Shown here in pieces: positions 56,500-64,000 of a stretch of 64,000 nt of DNA. The DNA is taken from positions 19,789-83,788 of the forward strand of contig CABYHL010000003.1 of the NCBI GenBank assembly GCA_902518895.1, read 5' to 3'. The position numbers and the translations under genes are program-made. The notes under the pieces are model-generated. The model saw only the letters and a list, made by a program, of their open reading frames with translations, ran no database searches and had not been told where the DNA came from. This DNA is from an uncultured Alphaproteobacteria bacterium (GTDB lineage Bacteria; Pseudomonadota; Alphaproteobacteria; HIMB59; GCA-002718135). The first letter of the stretch is position 1. Every line of letters starts with the position of its first letter.

Positions 56500-57080
56500 A
56501 AAAATCTAATTATAAAAACACTTCCAACAAGTAAAATAAAAAATACAATAGTTAAAATATTAAAATATTTATCAATAATTAATTTAATTTTTTCACCAAA
56601 AAAATAAAGAAGTATTGCTATTAAATAAAATCTTAATCCCCGACCAATTATAGAAACAATAATAAACAAAAAAATATTTAATCCAAATACACCACTTGCA
56701 ATAGTAATAAACTTATAAGGAAAGGGTGTTATTCCAGCACCTAGAACAATTAATATGCCAAATTCTTTGTAGTAATTTTCAAAGACACTAAAAGAATTTT
56801 CTAAATGATAAAAGTCTACAATGTAAATACCTACTGAATTATAAAAAAAATATCCTATTGCATATCCTAGTATTCCACCCAGAACTGAAAACAGTGTACA
56901 CATAAAAGCATAAAATAAAGCTCTTGCTTTAGAAGCTAATGCCATTGGTATCAAAAGTATGTCTGGTGGAATTGGGAAAAATGAGCTTTCTGCAAATGAT
57001 ATTAAACTCAAATACCACTTTGCGTTTTTATGTTGTGCCTTCTCTAAAGTCCAATCGTAAGTTTTTTTAAAAAAATTCAT
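56496..57080 (-). CDS. YqaA/DedA family membrane protein
   Basis: FAESSFFPIPPD and TPFPYK motifs. Confidence 0.92.
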   Translation of the reverse strand: MNFFKKTYDWTLEKAQHKNAKWYLSLISFAESSFFPIPPDILLIPMALASKARALFYAFMCTLFSVLGGILGYAIGYFFYNSVGIYIVDFYHLENSFSVFENYYKEFGILIVLGAGITPFPYKFITIASGVFGLNIFLFIIVSIIGRGLRFYLIAILLYFFGEKIKLIIDKYFNILTIVFFILLVGSVFIIRFL

Positions 57081-57156
57081 TTAATTTTATTTTTTTTATA
57101 ATTTTGATTTATACTATTAACTATCTTAAATCTAAATTATCATAGATATTACTTAA

Positions 57157-58353
57157 ATGGAAAATATAGAGACTAAAGAATTAAAAACGGCATTTTATGC
57201 AACTTTTTCACAGGGGTTCTTTGCAACATTAACCTTCAGTATGTTTATGGTAAATTCACCAATTCTTTTTGATTTGATTGGTATGACAAAAATAGAATTT
57301 TCTATAGGATTTATTATTTTTGGTATTTGTAATGTAATTACAAACCAACTTACAACCCGTTTTTTACTCCCAAAAATAGGAAGCACAAATTGTTTAATTA
57401 TAGCAAGATTATTATATGCTTTTATTCCTTTTTCTGTGTTTTACTTTTCTTCATATAATTTTTTTATTTTCGTATCTATGTTGTGGGGTATTTCTATTGG
57501 AATACAAGCTCCTAATATTTTTACACAAGTTGCGATAATAGAAGAAAAAACAAAAAAAATTCTTAATCCAATATTTAAATCATCCTTTAATTTTGGTTTT
57601 CTATCTGGAGCAGGAATATCTAGTTTATGTCTTGGTTTGGAAATTGACCCTGTATACACTACTTTTATTGTAGGTTTGTTTGTTTTTGTATCAACTTTGA
57701 CTATGTATTTTTTTGGAATGAATATGAAATATGATGTTGTTAATAAGGATCCAAGATTTTCAATTCCAAATTATAAAATTATCATGTTTGCATCAATTAA
57801 TATGTGTATTATCGCATTTATGGGAATAATAATTCAATGGTCACCTTTATGGCTCGTTACTGATCTTGCTGCACCAATTTTTTTAGTTGGTTCAATAGTT
57901 ATTTTTTTTAATGTAGGTGAGATTATAAGTAATTTGTTTGCGTCAAAATTAATTACAAAACTTGGTGAAGTAATTGTAGGTCCATGTTTTGCAATGGTTG
58001 GATCAACAATATTAGTGATAAGTATTTTTTCTCAAAATATAATTATTATTTTTATAGCAATAACACTTTTTGGAATGTTAATTTCCAATGTTATGCCCAT
58101 AGTATTTAGACAAGCAGTAAAAAATTCTCAAAATCCAATCCCAGTTACTATTTCTCATGTATCAAGTATTGCTTTTGTCGGAGCTATATTTGGACCTGCT
58201 GTTGTTGGAATTTCAGCTGAAACCTTTGGTTTAACGTTTAATATGTATGCATTAGGCGTTGTAATGTTTTTGATTGCTTTACTAATGTTTTTTATAATGC
58301 GTGAAGATAAATTGGTAGGAGTAGAGGGAATCGAACCCACACCACCGAAGTGA
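57157..58353 (+). CDS. MFS transporter
   Basis: About 12 TM helices. The last 13 codons and the stop lie antisense to tRNA-Leu. Confidence 0.82.
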   Translation: MENIETKELKTAFYATFSQGFFATLTFSMFMVNSPILFDLIGMTKIEFSIGFIIFGICNVITNQLTTRFLLPKIGSTNCLIIARLLYAFIPFSVFYFSSYNFFIFVSMLWGISIGIQAPNIFTQVAIIEEKTKKILNPIFKSSFNFGFLSGAGISSLCLGLEIDPVYTTFIVGLFVFVSTLTMYFFGMNMKYDVVNKDPRFSIPNYKIIMFASINMCIIAFMGIIIQWSPLWLVTDLAAPIFLVGSIVIFFNVGEIISNLFASKLITKLGEVIVGPCFAMVGSTILVISIFSQNIIIIFIAITLFGMLISNVMPIVFRQAVKNSQNPIPVTISHVSSIAFVGAIFGPAVVGISAETFGLTFNMYALGVVMFLIALLMFFIMREDKLVGVEGIEPTPPK

Positions 58354-58397
58354 CCGGATTTTGAATCCGGCGCGTCTACCAGTTCCGCCATACTCCC
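58313..58397 (-). tRNA. tRNA-Leu (anticodon CAA)
   Basis: Reverse complement GGGAGTATGGCGGAACTGGTAGACGCG CCGGA-TT CAA AA-TCCGG, long variable arm, GGTTCGATTCC and encoded CCA. Confidence 0.96.
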
Positions 58398-58467
58398 TTA
58401 GTTAAGGTTTACTCTGGATTTAATTATTAGTCTATTAGTTTTAATGATTTATTTATTTTTATTACGA

Positions 58468-59070
58468 TTATCTTTTTAGATTAAATTTTGAAGAAATAGT
58501 CGTGTACTCACTATATCCCATTCTTGCTATATATCTCATTGCAACACTATCAACTCTATTATTCTTAATAAATTTGTTATTTATAAAAATTCCAATTACT
58601 TCACCAATAATCATTGTAGAGATTTTTTTTGAATTTGATTTTAATTTAATTGTTTTAACTAATTTACATTCTAAATTAACAGGACTATCTTTAACTGACG
58701 GAGGTTTAACAAGTCTAGATTTTTTCTTTCTTAAATTTGATAAAATAAATTCATCTTCATCAGGTTTGAAATCCCTGGAAGATATATTCATTTGATTTCT
58801 TGAAGTGGTGGTTGCAAAATTTACAACAAATTCTTTTGTAGTCAAAATATTTGATAACGTATCCTTATATTTCCCATGTGTTGAACTACCATTTGAACAA
58901 AACATAACTTGAGGAGGCTCATCAGCCACAGCGTTAAAATATGAATATGGTGCTAAGTTCGCTTTTCCATTTATACTAATTGAAGAAATCCACCCAATAG
59001 GTCTAGGAAAAACTAGTGACTTAAATGGATCTATTTTAAAAGGACTTCCTTTTTTTGGTTCATAAAACAT
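58468..59070 (-). CDS. flavin reductase-like FMN-binding protein
   Basis: PRPIGWISS, NLAPYSYFN, KDT--NI and EFVVN motifs. Confidence 0.9.
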   Translation of the reverse strand: MFYEPKKGSPFKIDPFKSLVFPRPIGWISSISINGKANLAPYSYFNAVADEPPQVMFCSNGSSTHGKYKDTLSNILTTKEFVVNFATTTSRNQMNISSRDFKPDEDEFILSNLRKKKSRLVKPPSVKDSPVNLECKLVKTIKLKSNSKKISTMIIGEVIGIFINNKFIKNNRVDSVAMRYIARMGYSEYTTISSKFNLKR

Positions 59071-59078
59071 TATCTATT

Positions 59079-59492
59079 TTATAAATAAGAATTTGCGTAT
59101 TCTTTTATTTTTTCAAGCATAGAATAGACTCCATTCCTTCTCCCTGGAGTTAAAAGAGTATCAAGCTCTAAAGTATTTAACATACTAAAATCAGAATTTT
59201 TAATTTCAGATGGATTTCTGTCACCATAAATATCGCATAGAATTGTTACCATACCCTTTGATATAAATGCATCTGAGTCGTAATAAAATGAAAGTTTATT
59301 TTCTTTTAGTTTAGGAACCAACCAAACTTGTGCCTGACATCCAGAAACTTTAAACGAGTCATTTCTATATTCTTCTGGAAAATCTTTAGCATTTTTTGCT
59401 TGATCAATTAAAAACTTATACTTGTCCATTCCGTCATCGAATAGATCTAGACTCTCCTTGTAGTAATTTATTTTTTCTTCTATTGTTTTCAT
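59079..59492 (-). CDS. sufE: cysteine desulfuration protein SufE
   Basis: VSGCQAQVW, DSDAFISKG and LTPGRRNG motifs. Confidence 0.92.
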   Translation of the reverse strand: MKTIEEKINYYKESLDLFDDGMDKYKFLIDQAKNAKDFPEEYRNDSFKVSGCQAQVWLVPKLKENKLSFYYDSDAFISKGMVTILCDIYGDRNPSEIKNSDFSMLNTLELDTLLTPGRRNGVYSMLEKIKEYANSYL

Positions 59493-60538
59493 GACATAAA
59501 TTTTCTTAACACTTTAGCAGAATCTTCTGGCAATACATCCATAATGAAAACACCAGCCATTGATTCTGATCCTGCTAAAATTTTTGGTTTATCGCCGTGT
59601 CGTAAAGGTGGATAAAATTCTACATGAAAATGAAAGTCATTATCATTTAATTCAGGAGATGCGTGTAAACCCATTATATATGGGCATCTTTTATTAAGAA
59701 AATTATCATATCCTTTAACAACTTGCTGAATACATTTAGAAAAATCTTCAATTTGCTCATCATTAAATTTCCACGGTCCTTCAATTTGAATTTTAGGTAT
59801 TATCCATATCTCATAAGCATATCTTGCAAAGGGCGGTACAGCAGCAATAAAATTATCATTTTGATACACATAATATTTCTCCTCCAGTTCCTTCATAATT
59901 TTAATTAAAAAACTCTCTTTTTTAAATGCCCTTATTTCTTTTTCAATTGCAGGAGGAATAAAAGGATATGCATATATTTGACCATGAGGATGATGTAAGG
60001 TAACGCCACATTCTTCCCCTCTGTTTTCAAAAGGTAGAACATATTTCACATCTGGTTTTTTTTGTAACTCCAAATATCTATCAATCCAAACTTTAGTTAA
60101 CAATTGTATTCTGTCTAAAGGCATTTCAGAAATTGTATCTAGATGTGCTGGGGAATAGACAACTACTTCACACTCTCCTTTTGAAGGTTTACTTAAAATT
60201 TTTTCTAAAAATATATTTTCTCCATTTGAATTAAAGCTAGCCCAACGATTTGGAAAGACTGCAACTTCAAAGTTTGAAAATGGTATTTCTGTAGGATAAT
60301 TTAAATTTGCCCCTGGACAAAGTGGGCAATATTCTTTTGGCGGAAATGAAGTTCTATTTTTTCTTCCTGCTGAGTAGGTAACCCATTCTTCTCTTGAAGG
60401 GTTCCATCTCATATGAGGTTTAGGAATTTCTGTTACCTCAAGTTCTTGGCTTGGGGATTCTTTATGTTCCTTATAGCCATAAAGATAGAGTTCTTTTTTA
60501 TCATTTCTTATAAAAATTCTTTTATGTATTTGATTCAT
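59489..60538 (-). CDS. galT: galactose-1-phosphate uridylyltransferase
   Basis: CPLCPG and FENRGEECGVTLHHPHGQ (catalytic HPH). Confidence 0.93.
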   Translation of the reverse strand: MNQIHKRIFIRNDKKELYLYGYKEHKESPSQELEVTEIPKPHMRWNPSREEWVTYSAGRKNRTSFPPKEYCPLCPGANLNYPTEIPFSNFEVAVFPNRWASFNSNGENIFLEKILSKPSKGECEVVVYSPAHLDTISEMPLDRIQLLTKVWIDRYLELQKKPDVKYVLPFENRGEECGVTLHHPHGQIYAYPFIPPAIEKEIRAFKKESFLIKIMKELEEKYYVYQNDNFIAAVPPFARYAYEIWIIPKIQIEGPWKFNDEQIEDFSKCIQQVVKGYDNFLNKRCPYIMGLHASPELNDNDFHFHVEFYPPLRHGDKPKILAGSESMAGVFIMDVLPEDSAKVLRKFMS

Positions 60539-61505
60539 TAATTTTTTCTTCCCATTTAATCGAAGAATTTATAATTTCACTTAGATCATTATATTTTGGC
60601 CTCCAATCAATATGTTTTAATATTTTTGATGTATCTGCAATTAATTGTTCAACATCCCCATCTCTTCTATTTGAAAATTTGTAATTAATTTTATCTTCTG
60701 AAATTTTATTTGCAGTATTTATAACATCTAAAACACTAAAACCATTTCCATAACCACAATTAAATAAGTTAGATTCTGAATTTTCTAATAAATATTTTGC
60801 AACTTCTAAGTGAATATCAGCAAGGTCAGAGACATGAATATAGTCTCTGATAGCTGTTCCATCAGCTGTATTATAATCATTGCCAAATATTTCAATATGA
60901 TCTCTTTTACCTACAACTACTTCAGATAAAATTTTTATTAAATGTGTTGATCTTTTAGATATTTGACCTGATCTTAATTTTTTATCAGCTCCAGCAACAT
61001 TAAAGTATCGCAATATTATAAATTTGTAGTCATGCTTATTTTCAAATAAAAAATTTTCTGTTTTTATTTTAGATTCAGCATATGGATTTCGAGGATTTAA
61101 ATTTGTATTTTCATCAATTAATTTATTTTCACTTACCGATCCGTATGCAGCAGCTGTTGAAGAAAATACTATTTTATTTAATCCATTATTTTTACAAGTT
61201 TCAAATAGTTTAGTTGCATTTTCAGTATTATTATCAAAATATTTTTGCGGATATTTAACAGATTCTTCAACTTGAATAAAACCAGCAAAGTGCATCAATA
61301 AATCAAAGCTATTAGATTTTATAAGCTCAGAGATTACTTCTTCATCATTAATATTACATTTTGTAAAAAATGCATTTTTAGGAATAAGACTTTCGTTTCC
61401 AGTAGATAAATCATCAATAATATGAACATTATGACCAGCATCTAGAAGAGAAAGAGCGGCATGACTTCCGATATATCCTGCGCCACCCGTTAAAAGAAAA
61501 TTCAT
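60522..61505 (-). CDS. galE: UDP-glucose 4-epimerase
   Basis: GGAGYIGSH, FSSTAA, YAESK, LRYFNVAGA and RDYIHV motifs. Confidence 0.95.
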   Translation of the reverse strand: MNFLLTGGAGYIGSHAALSLLDAGHNVHIIDDLSTGNESLIPKNAFFTKCNINDEEVISELIKSNSFDLLMHFAGFIQVEESVKYPQKYFDNNTENATKLFETCKNNGLNKIVFSSTAAAYGSVSENKLIDENTNLNPRNPYAESKIKTENFLFENKHDYKFIILRYFNVAGADKKLRSGQISKRSTHLIKILSEVVVGKRDHIEIFGNDYNTADGTAIRDYIHVSDLADIHLEVAKYLLENSESNLFNCGYGNGFSVLDVINTANKISEDKINYKFSNRRDGDVEQLIADTSKILKHIDWRPKYNDLSEIINSSIKWEEKINESNT

Positions 61506-61641
61506 ATTAGTATCTAATAAATTATAATTAATTAATTTAAAATTGATATATTTTATAAATGACTAATATTATGAGTCTCTTTATTTATTGAATTCAAAAT
61601 AAAGTCTGTTAATGCTAAAGATAGACATATTGTGCTAACAT

Positions 61642-62379
61642 ATGAGATTAAATAAAAAAAATATTATAGTTACTGCAGCTGCACAAGGTATTGGAAGAGC
61701 AACCGCTCTTAAGTTTGCAAATGAAGGGGCTAAAGTATTAGCAACTGATATTAATGAAGATAAATTAAATGATTTAAAAAACGATAATGAGAGTATCCAA
61801 ACTATGAAATTGGATTCAACTAACAAAAAAGATGTAGAGGCTTTTTGTTCTTCTATAGACAAGATTGATGTTTTATTTCACGCAGTAGGTTTTGTACATC
61901 ACGGAACAATTCTTGATTGTGATGAAGATGAATTTTCACGATCAATCAATGTTAATATATTTTCTGCATATTTAATGACCTACAATCTTTTGCCAAAAAT
62001 GCTGAAAGAAAAGAAAGGTAATATCGTTATTGTTTCTTCTGCTGCATCTAATGTTAAAGGTGTGCCTAATAGGTTTATTTATGGAACTACAAAAGCAGCA
62101 CTAAATGGATTTGTAAAAGCTATAGCTATAGATCACATTAAAGATGGAATTCGCTGTAATGCTATTTTGCCTGGAACTGTTGAAACACCTTCATGGGAGG
62201 GAAGAGTTAACATGGCTGATGATCCTGTTAAAGCAAGATCAGATTTTATAGCAAGACAGGCAATGGGAAGATTAGCACAACCAGAAGAAATAGCATCTCT
62301 TGCAACTTATTTAGCAAGTGATGAATCAGACTTTGTTACTGGAACATTAAACTTAATTGATGGAGGATGGACTTTATAA
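61642..62379 (+). CDS. SDR oxidoreductase, 2-keto-3-deoxy-L-fuconate dehydrogenase/BDH2-like
   Basis: TAAAQGIG, VHHGTILDC and NRFIYGTTK signatures of this SDR subfamily. Confidence 0.82.
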   Translation: MRLNKKNIIVTAAAQGIGRATALKFANEGAKVLATDINEDKLNDLKNDNESIQTMKLDSTNKKDVEAFCSSIDKIDVLFHAVGFVHHGTILDCDEDEFSRSINVNIFSAYLMTYNLLPKMLKEKKGNIVIVSSAASNVKGVPNRFIYGTTKAALNGFVKAIAIDHIKDGIRCNAILPGTVETPSWEGRVNMADDPVKARSDFIARQAMGRLAQPEEIASLATYLASDESDFVTGTLNLIDGGWTL

Positions 62380-63227
62380 TGAAAACTTTAAGATACAGAA
62401 TTGGAAATGAAGTTAAACCAGGAATACTTGATCAAAAAGGAAATATTCGAGATGTGTCATCTCTAGTTAAGGATTGGGATAATAAAAATGTAACTATTAG
62501 CAAATTGAATGAAGTGAAAAAAATTGATCCTACATCTTTACCTCTAGTCGAAAACAGTGATGGATATGCACCTTGTGTTTGTAAAGAAAGTATTGGAAAA
62601 TTTATTTGTATCGGCCTCAATTATTCTGATCATGCTGAAGAAACAGGTCAGAAAGTTCCACCTGAACCAATTATTTTTGCAAAAGCAACAAGTGCCGTTA
62701 TTGGACCAAACGATAATGTAGAGATTCCAAAAAAATCAGTAAAGTCTGACTGGGAAGTTGAACTTGGTGTTATTATTGGAAAAGAAGCAAAATATATTTC
62801 TGAAAGCGAATCACAATCTCATATTGCTGGATACTGTGTCATCAATGATCTCAGCGAAAGAGAATTTCAAATAGAACATTCCGGCCAATGGGTTAAAGGA
62901 AAGTCTTGTGACACTTTTGGTCCAATCGGACCATATTTGGTTACTACTGATGAGGTACCAGATCCTCAAAACTTAAAAATGTGGCTTGATGTTAATGGTA
63001 AAAGAATGCAAGATGGATCAACAAGCACCATGGTTTACGGCGTAAACTTTTTAATAAGTTACTTAAGTCAATTTATGTCATTACAACCTGGAGATATCAT
63101 TTCAACAGGCACACCCCCAGGAGTTGGAATGGGAATGAAACCACAAGTGTTTTTAAAAGCAGGTGATGAAATGAAACTTGGTATTGAGGGTCTGGGAGAA
63201 CAAACTCAAAAAACCATTCAGGCGTAA
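62379..63227 (+). CDS. fumarylacetoacetate hydrolase family protein (2,4-diketo acid hydrolase-like)
   Basis: CIGLNYSDH, DWEVEL, NDLSER and TGTPPGVG motifs. TAATG-coupled start at 62379. Confidence 0.9.
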   Translation: MKTLRYRIGNEVKPGILDQKGNIRDVSSLVKDWDNKNVTISKLNEVKKIDPTSLPLVENSDGYAPCVCKESIGKFICIGLNYSDHAEETGQKVPPEPIIFAKATSAVIGPNDNVEIPKKSVKSDWEVELGVIIGKEAKYISESESQSHIAGYCVINDLSEREFQIEHSGQWVKGKSCDTFGPIGPYLVTTDEVPDPQNLKMWLDVNGKRMQDGSTSTMVYGVNFLISYLSQFMSLQPGDIISTGTPPGVGMGMKPQVFLKAGDEMKLGIEGLGEQTQKTIQA

Positions 63228-64000
63228 TGTTTGGCAATATCAATAATTGTCATAACGTTAAAGATTTTAGAAACTTGGCAAAAAAAAGACTACCTAGTCC
63301 AATATTCCATTACATTGATGGTGCTGCTGATGATGAGATAACTTATAAAAGAAATACTGATGCCTATGAGCAATGTGATTTAATTCCAAATGTTTTAAGC
63401 GGTGTTGATAAAGTTGATATGTCAACTACGGTAATGGGACAAAAGTTAGATATGCCTTTGTATTGTGCACCAACCGCTCTTCAAAGATTATTTCATCATG
63501 AAGGTGAGATTGGAGTTGCAAAAGCTGCAGAAAAATTTGGAACTATGTTTGGAATTTCTTCTTTAGGGACAGCCAGTATTGAAGAAATATCAAATTTAGT
63601 AAAAACACCTAAATTATTTCAACTCTATGTTCACAAAGACAAAGGACTAAATAAAGCTCTTATAGAAAGATGTAAGGAATCAAATTTTGAAGCAATGGCT
63701 GTTACTGTAGATACTGCTGTTGGAGGTAACCGTGAAAGAGATTTGTATACAGGTTTTACTATTCCAATGAAATTAAAACTCAATAGTATTCTAAGTTTTA
63801 TACTCCATCCAAAGTGGGCAGTAGATTATTTTACAAAACCAAAATGGGAATTAAGTAATCTAAAGGATCATATTAATGAAGGCACAACAGTAATGACAAC
63901 CATAGGAGATTACTTCACAAAAATGCTTGATAACTCCATGAGTTGGAAAGATGTAGAAAATATTAATAAAGAGTGGGGACGTCAATTTGCAATTAAAGGG
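63227..64000 (+). CDS. FMN-dependent alpha-hydroxy-acid dehydrogenase (L-lactate dehydrogenase LldD-like), truncated by the window end
   Basis: Not in the ORF track. My translation gives MFGNINNCHNVKDFRNLAKKRLPSPIFHYIDGAADDE...APTALQRLFHHEGE...FQLY...TVDT..GNRERD; TAATG overlap with the FAH gene. Confidence 0.9.
   Translation, partial: MFGNINNCHNVKDFRNLAKKRLPSPIFHYIDGAADDEITYKRNTDAYEQCDLIPNVLSGVDKVDMSTTVMGQKLDMPLYCAPTALQRLFHHEGEIGVAKAAEKFGTMFGISSLGTASIEEISNLVKTPKLFQLYVHKDKGLNKALIERCKESNFEAMAVTVDTAVGGNRERDLYTGFTIPMKLKLNSILSFILHPKWAVDYFTKPKWELSNLKDHINEGTTVMTTIGDYFTKMLDNSMSWKDVENINKEWGRQFAIKG

Overview
AT-rich, very densely packed chromosomal window from a streamlined alphaproteobacterium. The proteins and gene order look like marine SAR11/HIMB59-type lineages; this taxonomy is an inference. 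Most content is core: leuCDB-asd, sdhCDAB-mdh-sucCDAB-lpdA, tal/priA, atpHAGDC, rplU-rpmA-obgE-proBA-nadD-rsfS-ctpA-rppH, metXW, tyrC, argH-lptM-lysA, coq7/dsbB and galET. There are two tRNAs (Arg-UCG, Leu-CAA) and a SAM-II riboswitch ahead of metX. I saw no integrase, transposase, prophage or CRISPR array. The most notable items are: (1) a ~140-nt multi-helix RNA before sdhC with an internal repeat and a possible kissing loop (IMES-like candidate); (2) a fadN-like/dmdB-like/metY/hydrolase cluster that may couple methylthio-acid catabolism to methionine synthesis; (3) a chorismate mutase-HisC fusion coupled to tyrC; (4) ftsEX, envC and xerC all missing from their usual syntenic positions, next to a truncated ZitP-like protein; (5) an unannotated, translationally coupled 46-aa ORF before zapE; (6) an MFS gene whose stop codon lies inside the antisense strand of tRNA-Leu; (7) the lower steps of a non-phosphorylative deoxy-sugar pathway. 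All family assignments come from motif recognition by eye; no database searches were run.
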